Notes: generated by a model not told the origin, from the letters alone. A DNA stretch of 64,000 nt from Acetatifactor sp. (GCA_024695935.1 JAILHH010000001.1:990-64989), one strand, 5' to 3'. Shown: positions 9,530 through 19,669, counted from the stretch's first letter. Made by a program: numbers and translations.

Positions 9530-9639
9530 ACTTTATAGGAAATTGCTTCGCATTCCTATAAAGTAAAAAGCGCTCCGCTATGGATGCGCACTCGCACGAT
9601 TGGTATCATGTTGACTGTCGTCAACCGCGCTCGGCGCGA

Positions 9640-9666
9640 GCATGTCGCAAGCGACATGCTTTTTTG
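9640..9666 (+). terminator. Second rho-independent terminator, closing a hairpin-rich segment
   Basis: gcatgtcgc-aa-gcgacatgc followed by ttttttg. Confidence 0.7.
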
Positions 9667-9791
9667 TTGGCTGTAATTCTTATGTTCAATGAGCCATTCT
9701 TTGGTGGCACTTTTCCATGAAATGTAGTATATTATTTATGTATGTAAATTCGATGTTTTTTGTATACAATAATTGTATACAAGGAGGATTT

Positions 9792-10112
9792 ATGGATTGC
9801 AAAGAGTTTGAAAAGCTTATACCTGACTTTATCGACAGGAAGCTTGATTATAAGACCCTTAACCGCTTTTATCGTCACAGAGAGGAATGTGACAGCTGCC
9901 GGGAAGAACTGGACATTCAGTTTTTGGTTTCAAAAGGTATGCAAAAGCTGGAGGAGGGGGATTCCTTTGATTTAAAAAAGGATCTGGAAAATTATCTTTC
10001 GGACGTGGAAAACGACCTTAAGATCCACCGAAAAAGGGTCATTAAAAATATTGTATTTGAAACAATTTCCGTGATCATCGTCATCGCAGGAGTTTTGTGG
10101 ATATTGTTTTAG
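9792..10112 (+). CDS. Putative zinc-finger (zf-HC2) anti-sigma factor with a C-terminal TM helix
   Basis: MDCKEFEKLIPDFID...HREECDSCREEL (H-x3-C-x2-C motif typical of RsrA/zf-HC2 anti-sigma factors) and C-terminal TM VIIVIAGVLWILF. Start chosen at the ATG with RBS aaggagg rather than the upstream ORF start. Confidence 0.6.
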   Translation: MDCKEFEKLIPDFIDRKLDYKTLNRFYRHREECDSCREELDIQFLVSKGMQKLEEGDSFDLKKDLENYLSDVENDLKIHRKRVIKNIVFETISVIIVIAGVLWILF

Positions 10113-10123
10113 GTTGGGAGAGT

Positions 10124-12835
10124 ATGAATAAGAAACTTGTTTTGATAGACGGACACAGTATTTTAAACAGAGCATATTACGGGGTTCCGCCCCTTACCAA
10201 TGCAGACGGGCTTCATACTAATGCTGTCTATGGTTTTTTGAATATAATGTTTAAGATCCTCGACGAGGAAAAACCGGATTATCTAACTGTGGCTTTTGAT
10301 GTCAGCGCACCCACTTTCAGACATAAAATGTATGATGAGTACAAGGGCACCAGAAAACCCATGGATCCGGAATTAAAAGAGCAGGTTCCCGTTATAAAGG
10401 ACCTGTTAAAGGCTATGAATATAGTCATTGTGGAACAGGCCGGATTCGAAGCCGATGATATCCTTGGCACCCTTGCCAAAAAGGCTGAGGCGGACGGGCT
10501 CAGTGTTTCTCTTGTTTCAGGGGACAGGGATCTGCTTCAGATCGCATCCGATAACATCAAGATCTGTATACCCAAGACAAAGGGTGGCAGGACCGAGATG
10601 TTTACTTATTATGCAAAGGATCTGTTTGAGGAGCAGCATATCACACCGAAACAGTTTATCCAAAAGAAAGCTTTGATGGGAGATACCGCAGACAATATTC
10701 CCGGCGTTCCAAAGATCGGTGAGGTAACTGCGGGAAATCTGATAATTGAATTCGGAAGTATAGAAAATCTGTATGCAAATCTGGATAAAATTTCAAAGAA
10801 AAGCGTGAGGGAGTCCCTCGAAAACAACAGAGATCTCTGTGATCTGAGTTTAAAACTTGCAACCATAAAGACCGACTGCGATCTCCAGGTCGGATATGAG
10901 GATGCTGTGGCCGGGGACTTTTTTACTCCTGAAGCTTATGTGATCTTTAAAAAACTCGGTTTCAAAAATTATCTTGCAAAATTTAATTCTGAAGAGAGAA
11001 AAAATACTGAGACAAAATGTGATTTTAAACTTGTTGATTCCTGTGATGAATTTGTCACTGCTCTTAATAAATACAGTTCAAATTCCCATGTGGGACTTCA
11101 TTTTGTATTTGAAAAAAAGGAGCTTCGCGGTATCGCTTTATGCGGCGAAGAATCGGAAACATATTTCCTTAATACGTGTATAGATCCTGAACCGGTTCAG
11201 ATGACTTTGTTCGATCTTTTGGATGATGAAAAAGAATGCAAAGCAAAGATAAACAGTGAAGATTTTAAAAAGGTATGCGAAGCCATAAACAGTCTGTTGG
11301 GAAAAGTGAAATTATCCGTTTTTGACATAAAGCCCGCATACAGGATCTTAGACTATGAAAATCTGGAAAACTATTTTGATGTTTTGATAGGGGCATATCT
11401 GATAAATCCCTTGAAGAGTGATTTTGATATGGAAACTATTGCGGATCAGTATGTTTCCATGACTATACCCGGTTATAAAGAGGTCTTTGGAAAGGATGAT
11501 TTTGAAACTGCTTTCAAGAATGATCCGAAAAAGGTATCGGCTTTTTACGGTACAATGGCTTTGGTTTCTTTTAAGAGTTTTGAGCCGATCAGAGCAAAAC
11601 TATCCGAGTTTGGAATGGAAGACCTCATGAAAGATATTGAGATGCCTCTTTCATATGTTTTATATGACATGGAAAAGGAAGGGGTATCGGTTAACAGAGA
11701 TGCTTTATTAGAGTATACGGATAGCCTTAAGGGGAGGATTACCGAGCTTGAAGATTCTATCCACGAACAGGCCGGGGATAGGGATTTTAATATCAATTCA
11801 CCTAAGCAGCTGGGAGAGATACTCTTTGAAAAGATGGGGCTTGAAGGCGGAAAGAAGACAAAGACAGGTTATTCCACAGCGGCGGACGTCCTTGAGAAGC
11901 TTGCACCGGAAAATCCTATCATAAGCGATATCTTGGAGTACAGGACTTTGACGAAATTAAAGTCAACCTATGGTGAGGGCCTTGCCGAGTGTATAGCAGA
12001 GGACGGCAGGATCCATACAAACTTTAACCAGACCATTACGGCAACCGGAAGGATCAGTTCCACCGAGCCAAACCTTCAGAACATTCCAATGAGGATGGAA
12101 CTGGGCAGACGCATCAGGAAAGTATTTGTGCCAAAGAAGGGCTTTGTATTTATGGATGCGGATTATTCTCAGGTGGAGCTCAGAATACTGGCTCATATGT
12201 CAGGGGATGAACAGCTGATAGAAGCCTACAAGAGTGCACAGGATATACACAGGATCACGGCTTCAAAGGTGTTTAATACACCCATTGATGAGGTTACGGA
12301 TCTGCAGAGAAGGAATGCCAAGGCTGTGAATTTCGGTATCGTATACGGTATAAGTTCTTTCGGACTCAGTCAGGATCTGTCAATATCCAGAAAAGAGGCT
12401 GAAAGCTATATCGAACAGTATTTTAAGACCTTCCCGGGGATCAAAAAATATCTTGATGAAACCGTGGAAAAGGCTAAAAAAGACGGTTTTGTTACAACCT
12501 CCTACGGCCGCAGGCGTCCTATACCGGAACTGTCACAGAAAAATTTCATGATAAGGCAGTTTGGAGAACGAGTGGCAATGAATTCACCGATCCAGGGAAC
12601 TGCTGCGGATATCATGAAGATAGCCATGATAAAGACCTGGAAGAGGTTAAAGGATGAAGGATTAAGATCAAAGATACTTTTGCAGGTACATGATGAACTT
12701 TTGATCGAAACTGCAGAAGACGAGGTGGATAAAGTCAGAGAGATCCTGACGGATTCCATGCAGAACGCAGCCGAATTAAAGGTTGAATTAAAGATCGATC
12801 TTCATATGGGTAACGACTGGTTCGATGCTAAATAG
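10124..12835 (+). CDS. polA: DNA polymerase I
   Basis: MNKKLVLIDGHSILNRAYYG (5'-3' exonuclease N-terminus) ... RRxAKxxNFGIxYG and VHDE polymerase motifs. About 903 aa. Confidence 0.93.
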   Translation: MNKKLVLIDGHSILNRAYYGVPPLTNADGLHTNAVYGFLNIMFKILDEEKPDYLTVAFDVSAPTFRHKMYDEYKGTRKPMDPELKEQVPVIKDLLKAMNIVIVEQAGFEADDILGTLAKKAEADGLSVSLVSGDRDLLQIASDNIKICIPKTKGGRTEMFTYYAKDLFEEQHITPKQFIQKKALMGDTADNIPGVPKIGEVTAGNLIIEFGSIENLYANLDKISKKSVRESLENNRDLCDLSLKLATIKTDCDLQVGYEDAVAGDFFTPEAYVIFKKLGFKNYLAKFNSEERKNTETKCDFKLVDSCDEFVTALNKYSSNSHVGLHFVFEKKELRGIALCGEESETYFLNTCIDPEPVQMTLFDLLDDEKECKAKINSEDFKKVCEAINSLLGKVKLSVFDIKPAYRILDYENLENYFDVLIGAYLINPLKSDFDMETIADQYVSMTIPGYKEVFGKDDFETAFKNDPKKVSAFYGTMALVSFKSFEPIRAKLSEFGMEDLMKDIEMPLSYVLYDMEKEGVSVNRDALLEYTDSLKGRITELEDSIHEQAGDRDFNINSPKQLGEILFEKMGLEGGKKTKTGYSTAADVLEKLAPENPIISDILEYRTLTKLKSTYGEGLAECIAEDGRIHTNFNQTITATGRISSTEPNLQNIPMRMELGRRIRKVFVPKKGFVFMDADYSQVELRILAHMSGDEQLIEAYKSAQDIHRITASKVFNTPIDEVTDLQRRNAKAVNFGIVYGISSFGLSQDLSISRKEAESYIEQYFKTFPGIKKYLDETVEKAKKDGFVTTSYGRRRPIPELSQKNFMIRQFGERVAMNSPIQGTAADIMKIAMIKTWKRLKDEGLRSKILLQVHDELLIETAEDEVDKVREILTDSMQNAAELKVELKIDLHMGNDWFDAK

Positions 12836-12847
12836 AAAGGCAAAAAG

Positions 12848-13450
12848 ATGAGATTTATAGGCATAACCGGAGGCGTTGGAGCCGGGAAAAGCGCGGTTTT
12901 GGACTATATAAGAGATAATTACAACTGCAGGATTTATCTTGCCGACAATGTGGCCCATCTTTTGTATGAAAAGGGCACGGATTGCTATAAAGAGCTGGTG
13001 AAGCTTTTATCGGAAAGCATTCTGGATGAAGAGGGTAACATTGATAAAAAAAAGATGGCTGCCGCTATTTTTGCTGACGGATCGCTTTTGGACAAGGTTA
13101 ATGATATCGTTCATCCGGCAGTCAGAGAATATCTCTTAAGAGAGTTTGAATTGGCAAAAGAATCAGGTGAGTATGACTTTTTCTTTGTGGAAGCCGCTCT
13201 TTTGATAGAGACGGGCTACAAGGATCTGGTGGATGAATTGTGGTATATATATGCGGATCCGGATGTGAGACGAAAACGCTTAAAGGAAAGCCGCGGATAT
13301 GATGATAAAAAGATCGATTCAATACTGGAGAGTCAGCTTTCTGATGAGGAATTCAGGAAAAATTGTGATGTGATCATAGACAACAGCGGGGACCTTTTTG
13401 ATGTCTATTGCAAAATTGATAAAATACTGGAGGGTTACAAATGTCATTAA
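12848..13450 (+). CDS. coaE: Dephospho-CoA kinase
   Basis: MRFIGITGGVGAGKSAV Walker A; 200 aa. Confidence 0.9.
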   Translation: MRFIGITGGVGAGKSAVLDYIRDNYNCRIYLADNVAHLLYEKGTDCYKELVKLLSESILDEEGNIDKKKMAAAIFADGSLLDKVNDIVHPAVREYLLREFELAKESGEYDFFFVEAALLIETGYKDLVDELWYIYADPDVRRKRLKESRGYDDKKIDSILESQLSDEEFRKNCDVIIDNSGDLFDVYCKIDKILEGYKCH

Positions 13451-15600
13451 CTAAAGAGGGTCAGGGACAACTTGTTTTCGGATTGGATATCGGAACCAGA
13501 AGTATCGTAGGCACTGTGGGATTTATGAAGGATAATAAATTCCATGTGATAGCTCAGAGGGCAAAAGAGCATGAGACCAGAGCCATGCTTGACGGACAGA
13601 TCCACGATATCATAAAGGTGGGCTCCAGCATAAAGGCTGTAAAGGAACAGCTGGAGGAAGACCTGAATGTGGAATTAAAGGATGTCTGCATAGCTGCTGC
13701 GGGACGTGTGTTAAAAACCGTAACCACCCATGCAGAGACCGACTTTGAGTCTGACAAAGAGGTGGAGGAGATCGATATCAACAATCTCTCAAGCTATGCC
13801 ATAGAGAGAGCTTATGAGCAGTTTCAAAAGGAAAATGATACGGATCTGAAGTTTTATTGTGTGGGATACACCCCCATGCGCTATTATATGAACGGATATC
13901 AGATAGGTAATCTGGAAGGGCACAAGGCAAGGCAGATAGGCCTGGACCTGATCGCCACGTTTTTGCCGGATGATGTTGTGGATGGCCTGTACAAAGCGGT
14001 GGAGCTTGCAGAACTCCACGTTGCAAATCTGACTTTGGAGCCCATAGCCGCCATTCAGGTTGCCATCCCGGAGAAATTCAGGATGCTCAATATGGCTCTT
14101 GTTGATGTGGGAGCCGGCACAAGCGACGTTTCCATCACAAAGGACGGAACCATCACTGCATACGGAATGATACCTGTTGCGGGGGATTCCCTTACGGATA
14201 TCCTGGTTCAGCACTGCCTTGTTGATTTTGACACCGCAGAGATGATAAAGAGAAAATCCGGTGTTGAAGATATAATAGAATATAACGATATCATGGGATT
14301 AAAGCAGACCATTTCCGCAAAGGAAGTCTCAGAACTTTTGCAAACAGAAGTGGAGAGCATGACGGAAAAGGTTGCAGAATGCATAAAGGATTTAAACGGT
14401 GACAAGCCTGTAAGCGCCGTGTTTGTGGTAGGCGGAGGCGGAACCGTTCCGGGTTATACCGAAAGCCTTGCAAAGAAGCTTGGAATAGTGACAGAGAGAG
14501 TTGCCATCAGAGGCGAGGAAGTCATGGGCAATATTGTTTTTGACATGGAAAATGCCGAAAAAAGTTCCCTTATGGTAACGCCCATCGGAATATGTCTCAG
14601 CTATTATGAGCAGAATAATAACTTTGTCATCGTTGATTTTAATGGGGAGAGAGCAAAGCTTTATGACAACGGACATCTGACTGTGACGGATGCCGCCATG
14701 CAGCTGCAGTTTCCCAATGAGGATCTGTTCCCGAAGCGCGGAAAGGCACTTACTTTTACCGTTAACGGAAAGAGCCATATGATGCGTGGTTCCCTCGGGG
14801 AAGCTGCCATTATCAAGGTAAATGACGAACCTGCGGATATGTATACCCAGGTTCACGGCGGGGATATCATTTCCGTTATTCCTTCCACAACCGGTGAGGA
14901 TGCAAAGATCGAGATCGGAAGGATAAAAGAATTTACAGAGCAGATATCCATTGTTGTAAACGGCAAAAAGATCGTTCTGCCTAAAACAGCAAACGTATCC
15001 GGGAAACTGGTAAATGAATATACATCCGTTTTAGAAGGAGACAATATTGAGATCCACAACTATTATACCGTAAAGGAAGTTGCTGAATTTTTGGATCTTG
15101 ATATCACAGGTGATATATTTGTAAACGAGACAAAGGCAAATTTAAATACAAAGGTTTATGAAGGATTTACCTTATCCTTTGAAAATGATGCCGTGTCTGT
15201 TTATGCAAAAGAAAACGAAAATAATGCAGAGGATAAAGAGCCGGATAAAGATCCTGTAAAAACCGGTGCTTCAGTTAAAAATGAAGGATCAGTATCCGGT
15301 CAGGGAAGTAACGAAATCCACGAAGAAAAACCTGCAGAAAAGAATGATGAAAGCGCAGAAGAATCAAACACTTCATCAACTGATCAGGTATTGAATATAC
15401 CTTTAAGTGTGACGGTCAACGGCAAGCTTTACAGGCTTTCAGGAAAGCCATCCTATGTATTTGTAGACGTCTTTGATTATATAAACTTTGACCTTAAAAA
15501 TTCTCAGGGCAGATCCATAGTCACTCAGTTAAACGGAAGAAGCGCTGAGTATATGGAAAAACTCAAAGACGGAGACGTTATAAATATTTATTGGAAATAA
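13441..15600 (+). CDS. FtsA-like actin-family ATPase with a long C-terminal extension containing three beta-grasp-like repeats
   Basis: LVFGLDIGTRSIVGTVG phosphate-1 motif, FtsA-like SHS2 insert, DVGAGTSD phosphate-2, VVGGGG adenosine motif. The C-terminal 300 aa contain three VNGK...GDxIxI modules. Confidence 0.7.
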   Translation: MSLTKEGQGQLVFGLDIGTRSIVGTVGFMKDNKFHVIAQRAKEHETRAMLDGQIHDIIKVGSSIKAVKEQLEEDLNVELKDVCIAAAGRVLKTVTTHAETDFESDKEVEEIDINNLSSYAIERAYEQFQKENDTDLKFYCVGYTPMRYYMNGYQIGNLEGHKARQIGLDLIATFLPDDVVDGLYKAVELAELHVANLTLEPIAAIQVAIPEKFRMLNMALVDVGAGTSDVSITKDGTITAYGMIPVAGDSLTDILVQHCLVDFDTAEMIKRKSGVEDIIEYNDIMGLKQTISAKEVSELLQTEVESMTEKVAECIKDLNGDKPVSAVFVVGGGGTVPGYTESLAKKLGIVTERVAIRGEEVMGNIVFDMENAEKSSLMVTPIGICLSYYEQNNNFVIVDFNGERAKLYDNGHLTVTDAAMQLQFPNEDLFPKRGKALTFTVNGKSHMMRGSLGEAAIIKVNDEPADMYTQVHGGDIISVIPSTTGEDAKIEIGRIKEFTEQISIVVNGKKIVLPKTANVSGKLVNEYTSVLEGDNIEIHNYYTVKEVAEFLDLDITGDIFVNETKANLNTKVYEGFTLSFENDAVSVYAKENENNAEDKEPDKDPVKTGASVKNEGSVSGQGSNEIHEEKPAEKNDESAEESNTSSTDQVLNIPLSVTVNGKLYRLSGKPSYVFVDVFDYINFDLKNSQGRSIVTQLNGRSAEYMEKLKDGDVINIYWK

Positions 15601-15632
15601 AGAAAGAAAATAATGAACTAAAGGTAACAGTT

Positions 15633-16433
15633 ATGAGATTATGCAGTATTGCCAGCGGTAGCAGCGGCAATTGTATCTATGTTGGTTCCGATGCGACCCA
15701 CCTGCTGGTGGATGTGGGTATCAGCGGTAAAAGAACAGAGGCCGGAGTAAACAGCTTAGGGCTTAGTATGAATGATATTGACGGGATCTTTATAACCCAT
15801 GAGCATGCCGATCATATAAACGGTCTGGGGGTCATCTCAAGAAAGTATCAGATTCCTATTTATGCCACCCCGGGAACCATCGAAGCCATTAAAAAATGTA
15901 ATACTCTTGGAAAAATCGATGAGGATCTGTTTATCCCTGTAAAGGCCGATGTGAAATGTGCTGTAAAGGATCTGTTCATTAATCCCATGAGGATCTCGCA
16001 TGATGCCGCAGAGCCTGTGGCTTACAGGTTTAATTATGGCAAAAAAAAGGTTGCGGTCTGCACGGACCTTGGGGTTTATACGGATTATACAATCGAATGT
16101 TTAAGAGGATTGGATGCAGTTTTACTGGAGGCAAATCATGATGTGAAAATGCTTCAGGTGGGACCATATCCATATTATTTAAAACAGAGGATCTTAGGTG
16201 ACAGAGGGCATTTGTCGAATGAAAATTCCGGAAGGCTTCTTGCAAGTATTTTGCATGACAACTTAAAGGCCGTGATATTAGGGCATTTAAGCAAGGAAAA
16301 TAATATCCCTGAGCTTGCATATGAAGCAGTCAGAATGGAAGTCACCATGGGGGACAATCCATACAGGGGAGAGGATTTTAACATATCCGTTGCAAAGAGA
16401 AGCGAAGTATCCCCTGTTGTGGAGATAGCCTAA
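15633..16433 (+). CDS. MBL-fold metallo-hydrolase (YycJ/WalJ-like)
   Basis: MRLCSIASGSSGNCIYV...ITHEHADHINGLG (HxHxDH). 266 aa. Confidence 0.85.
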   Translation: MRLCSIASGSSGNCIYVGSDATHLLVDVGISGKRTEAGVNSLGLSMNDIDGIFITHEHADHINGLGVISRKYQIPIYATPGTIEAIKKCNTLGKIDEDLFIPVKADVKCAVKDLFINPMRISHDAAEPVAYRFNYGKKKVAVCTDLGVYTDYTIECLRGLDAVLLEANHDVKMLQVGPYPYYLKQRILGDRGHLSNENSGRLLASILHDNLKAVILGHLSKENNIPELAYEAVRMEVTMGDNPYRGEDFNISVAKRSEVSPVVEIA

Positions 16434-16511
16434 AGCATAAAAAACTTCTTGAAATAATTTAAGTCTTGGAGTTTAATTTAGAATAAAAGTGCGTACATGA
16501 GGAGAGAATTC

Positions 16512-16784
16512 ATGAAAAAGACAATTATTACTGTAGTTGGAAAAGATACTGTGGGCATCATTGCCAGAGTGTGTACATATCTGTCGGAGAACAATATCAA
16601 TATTCTTGATATCTCACAGACCATCGTCTCAGGTTATTTTAATATGATGATGATCGTCGATACCAACAATATGACAAAGCCTTTCGGAGATATGTGCGAT
16701 GAGCTTGAAGTTCTCGGAAACGAGATAGGGGTCAGCATCAAGAGCCAAAAGGAAGAAATCTTTGACAAGATGCACAGAATCTAA
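16512..16784 (+). CDS. ACT domain protein (UPF0237 family)
   Basis: MKKTIITVVGKDTVGIIARV... It is paired with a downstream UPF0210 gene, as in many Firmicutes. Confidence 0.8.
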   Translation: MKKTIITVVGKDTVGIIARVCTYLSENNINILDISQTIVSGYFNMMMIVDTNNMTKPFGDMCDELEVLGNEIGVSIKSQKEEIFDKMHRI

Positions 16785-16804
16785 ACTGAAAGGTAATCAA
16801 GGTT

Positions 16805-18169
16805 ATGATAAATTTAAAGGAAGTTACCGAAACCAACAAGATGATCGCGGAAGAGAACCTGGATGTGAGGACTATCACCATGGGAATCAGTCTTTTGGAC
16901 TGTATCGATTCGGATCTTAACAGGGTTAAGGATAAAATCTACAAAAAGATATACGAAGCCACAAAGGATTTAGTGGTAACCGGAAATGAAATAGCAAAAG
17001 AGTACGGTATACCTATCGTAAACAAGAGAATTTCAGTGACTCCCATAGCCATCGTGGGCGGAGCCGCTTGTAAGACTGTGGAAGATTTCGCATCTATTGC
17101 AGAGACTCTTGATAAAGTTGCAAAGGAAGTGGGAGTGAATTTCATCGGTGGTTATTCAGCCCTTGTCAGCAAGGGAATGACACCTGCAGATGAACTTCTG
17201 ATCAGATCCATACCTCTTGCTCTTTCAAAGACAGAGAGAGTATGCTCTTCCGTGAATGTGGGTTCCACAAAGACCGGTATCAATATGGATGCCGTAAAAC
17301 TTATGGGTGAGATGATAAAGGAGACTGCAGAATATACAAAGGAAGATGATTCCCTTGGATGCGCAAAGCTTGTTGTATTCTGTAATGCTCCCGATGACAA
17401 TCCTTTTATGGCCGGAGCTTTCCACGGTGTGACAGAGGCAGATAAGATCATAAATGTCGGTGTCAGCGGTCCCGGCGTTGTAAAGACAGCCCTTGAAAAA
17501 GTAAGAGGCGAGAGTTTTGAGATCCTCTGTGAGACCATAAAAAAGACTGCATTTAAAGTTACACGTGTGGGTCAGCTGGTGGCAAAGGAGGCTTCGCAGA
17601 GACTCGGAGTGCCTTTTGGTATCGTTGATCTCTCACTTGCGCCTACTCCTGCAATCGGTGATTCCGTTGCGGATATTCTGTGTGAGATCGGACTTGAGCA
17701 CGCGGGAGCCCCCGGTACTACGGCAGCCCTGGCTCTTTTAAACGATCAGGTTAAAAAGGGCGGTGTAATGGCTTCTTCCTACGTGGGAGGTCTTTCGGGA
17801 GCATTTATTCCCGTCAGCGAGGATCAGGGAATGATCGATGCGGTAAATGCAGGAGCTCTTACTCTTGAAAAACTTGAGGCAATGACATGTGTATGCTCTG
17901 TGGGTCTTGATATGATAGCGATCCCGGGAGATACAAAGGCAACCACCATATCCGGTATCATTGCTGATGAAATGGCCATCGGTATGGTAAATCAAAAGAC
18001 AACAGCCGTGAGACTTATCCCCGTTATCGGAAAAGGTGTTGGTGAAGTGGTTGAATTTGGCGGCCTTTTGGGATATGCGCCAATCATGCCGGTCAATAAT
18101 TTCTCCTGTGATGCTTTTGTAAACAGAGGAGGAAGGATCCCCGCACCTATTCACAGCTTTAAAAACTAG
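16805..18169 (+). CDS. UPF0210 family protein (DUF711)
   Basis: 454 aa; its conserved partner is the preceding ACT protein; Gly-rich core motifs. Confidence 0.75.
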   Translation: MINLKEVTETNKMIAEENLDVRTITMGISLLDCIDSDLNRVKDKIYKKIYEATKDLVVTGNEIAKEYGIPIVNKRISVTPIAIVGGAACKTVEDFASIAETLDKVAKEVGVNFIGGYSALVSKGMTPADELLIRSIPLALSKTERVCSSVNVGSTKTGINMDAVKLMGEMIKETAEYTKEDDSLGCAKLVVFCNAPDDNPFMAGAFHGVTEADKIINVGVSGPGVVKTALEKVRGESFEILCETIKKTAFKVTRVGQLVAKEASQRLGVPFGIVDLSLAPTPAIGDSVADILCEIGLEHAGAPGTTAALALLNDQVKKGGVMASSYVGGLSGAFIPVSEDQGMIDAVNAGALTLEKLEAMTCVCSVGLDMIAIPGDTKATTISGIIADEMAIGMVNQKTTAVRLIPVIGKGVGEVVEFGGLLGYAPIMPVNNFSCDAFVNRGGRIPAPIHSFKN

Positions 18170-18183
18170 ATTTTTAAAAACAA

Positions 18184-18224
18184 TAAACCCGCCTTGGATC
18201 ATTTTCCAAAGCGGGTTTTATTTA
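18184..18224. terminator. Bidirectional rho-independent terminator between the UPF0210 gene (+) and tmcAL (-)
   Basis: aaacccgccttgg-atcattttc-caaagcgggttt, with A/T runs on both sides. Confidence 0.8.
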
Positions 18225-19436
18225 CATTATGACAGCTTCTTTTGACAAGTCGCTTATGATATTTTTTGAATATTTTCTGTGCAGGATCAGATCGTAATTA
18301 CTCTCTATACGCATTTCTTCATGATATAAAAACTTAAGCTTTTCGTCTTTATAAATATATTTGTCATAATCATTTTTATTGACTATAAGCGGCACCACAG
18401 CATTGTTTGAGATATTTTTAAGTAAGGGCGCAGCACTCTTTTTAAAACCAAGGACCTTAATATATTTGCCGTAACCGCTTTCCTTGTAGGATTCAACTCT
18501 TTCCTGTAAAAGTCCCGTGAAAATATGAAGAAGTCCTCTGCTAATCGTTGAATATGCCACGTTTTTACTCTTTAACAGATCACAGAAATCCGTGCAGTTT
18601 CTGTATTCAGGGATCATTATACGAATTCTTTCCGACATATCTTTTGAAACATCCAGATATTTTTCAAATCCGTACAGACTTTCATTTAATAGTTTATAAT
18701 GCAAAAACTCAGAATAATCATCCTTAAAAACAGGATATTTAAGGATCGTTTTATCAAAATCTGCGGGAAGAAGTTTGGTGATCTCAATAGTTTTGTTTTC
18801 TTTTATAAGGCTTCTGATCGCCAGGGCAGAAGCGATATTGCCTAAGGTCTCGCAGGAGTTATATCCGGGATCATTTCTTTTTGTGATATATGTATCAAAA
18901 CCGATTTTGTGTTTTAAGATCGCAGTTTCATATTCCAGGGCAAGGATATTGTTCGGATCACTTAATAATCCCTGTTCTGCGCCGTAGATATCACAAAGAG
19001 CGTTTTGCCTTGCCAAGGCAAAGCTTTGGCCGTTTTTCAGATTTTCCTGAATGGCTGTTTTTAGTTTATGTTCTTCGGCGGATAAAATTTTTGCTGTATT
19101 TTTGAATCCCGTTGGATCATCGCTTTCAGCACCAAAGCAAAGAGTGTCAACCACGCCAAGCTTTGACAGGTTTACGACAGCTCCTTCCGCAAAATAACCT
19201 GCGGATGCGGAGGAGATAAGGGGACTTAACTCAAGCACCAGATCCGCCCCGTTTTTTAAGGCTTCTTTTGCACGTATATATTTGTCAGTTATGGCGGGTT
19301 CACCCCTCTGGACGAAGTTACCGCTCATTATCACTATGGAAAAATCCGCACCGGTGCTGTTTTTGGCATCCTTCAGGTGAAAAGCGTGTCCGTTATGAAA
19401 GGGGTTGTACTCGGATATGATGGCATTGATCTTCAA
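18222..19436 (-). CDS. tmcAL: tRNA(Met) cytidine acetate ligase (YlbM/UPF0348 nucleotidyltransferase family)
   Basis: MKINAIISEYNPFHNGHAFHL HxGH nucleotidyltransferase motif; 404 aa. Confidence 0.8.
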   Translation of the reverse strand: MKINAIISEYNPFHNGHAFHLKDAKNSTGADFSIVIMSGNFVQRGEPAITDKYIRAKEALKNGADLVLELSPLISSASAGYFAEGAVVNLSKLGVVDTLCFGAESDDPTGFKNTAKILSAEEHKLKTAIQENLKNGQSFALARQNALCDIYGAEQGLLSDPNNILALEYETAILKHKIGFDTYITKRNDPGYNSCETLGNIASALAIRSLIKENKTIEITKLLPADFDKTILKYPVFKDDYSEFLHYKLLNESLYGFEKYLDVSKDMSERIRIMIPEYRNCTDFCDLLKSKNVAYSTISRGLLHIFTGLLQERVESYKESGYGKYIKVLGFKKSAAPLLKNISNNAVVPLIVNKNDYDKYIYKDEKLKFLYHEEMRIESNYDLILHRKYSKNIISDLSKEAVIM

Positions 19437-19669
19437 ATTTTTACCTCGGTTTTTTAAAAAGTAAAAGCAAATATGTTTTTAATTTTATACAATGCATTTA
19501 CTTGTATCATGTATCTTCAAATAGTATAATTAGTTCAGGATTGTGTTTCAAGACTTTTAGAGATACATGAAATATGTAACAGGCTTTAAATTTTATTTTG
19601 GTTTTGATGCAGTGAAGTGTACCTATTGTTTTGAAGGTAGCTAAAATGCTACAGAAATGGAGATATTGT

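Noticed and set aside
9334-9561. 75-aa ORF spanning the tRNA-Leu gene
   Set aside because: It overlaps a confidently folded tRNA and the terminator hairpins. There is no RBS and the translation is implausible.
10097-10123. Upstream extension of polA (MDIVLGWES...) and the 9717 extension of the anti-sigma-like gene
   Set aside because: Internal ATGs with proper Shine-Dalgarno spacing give canonical N-termini (MNKKLVLIDGHSIL for PolA, MDCKEFEKL after AGGAGG). The extensions overlap the upstream gene or promoter.
13789-14856. Minus-strand ORFs of 141 and 154 aa inside the ftsA-like gene
   Set aside because: They are antisense to a CDS with clear actin-fold motifs. They have no RBS and a non-protein-like composition.
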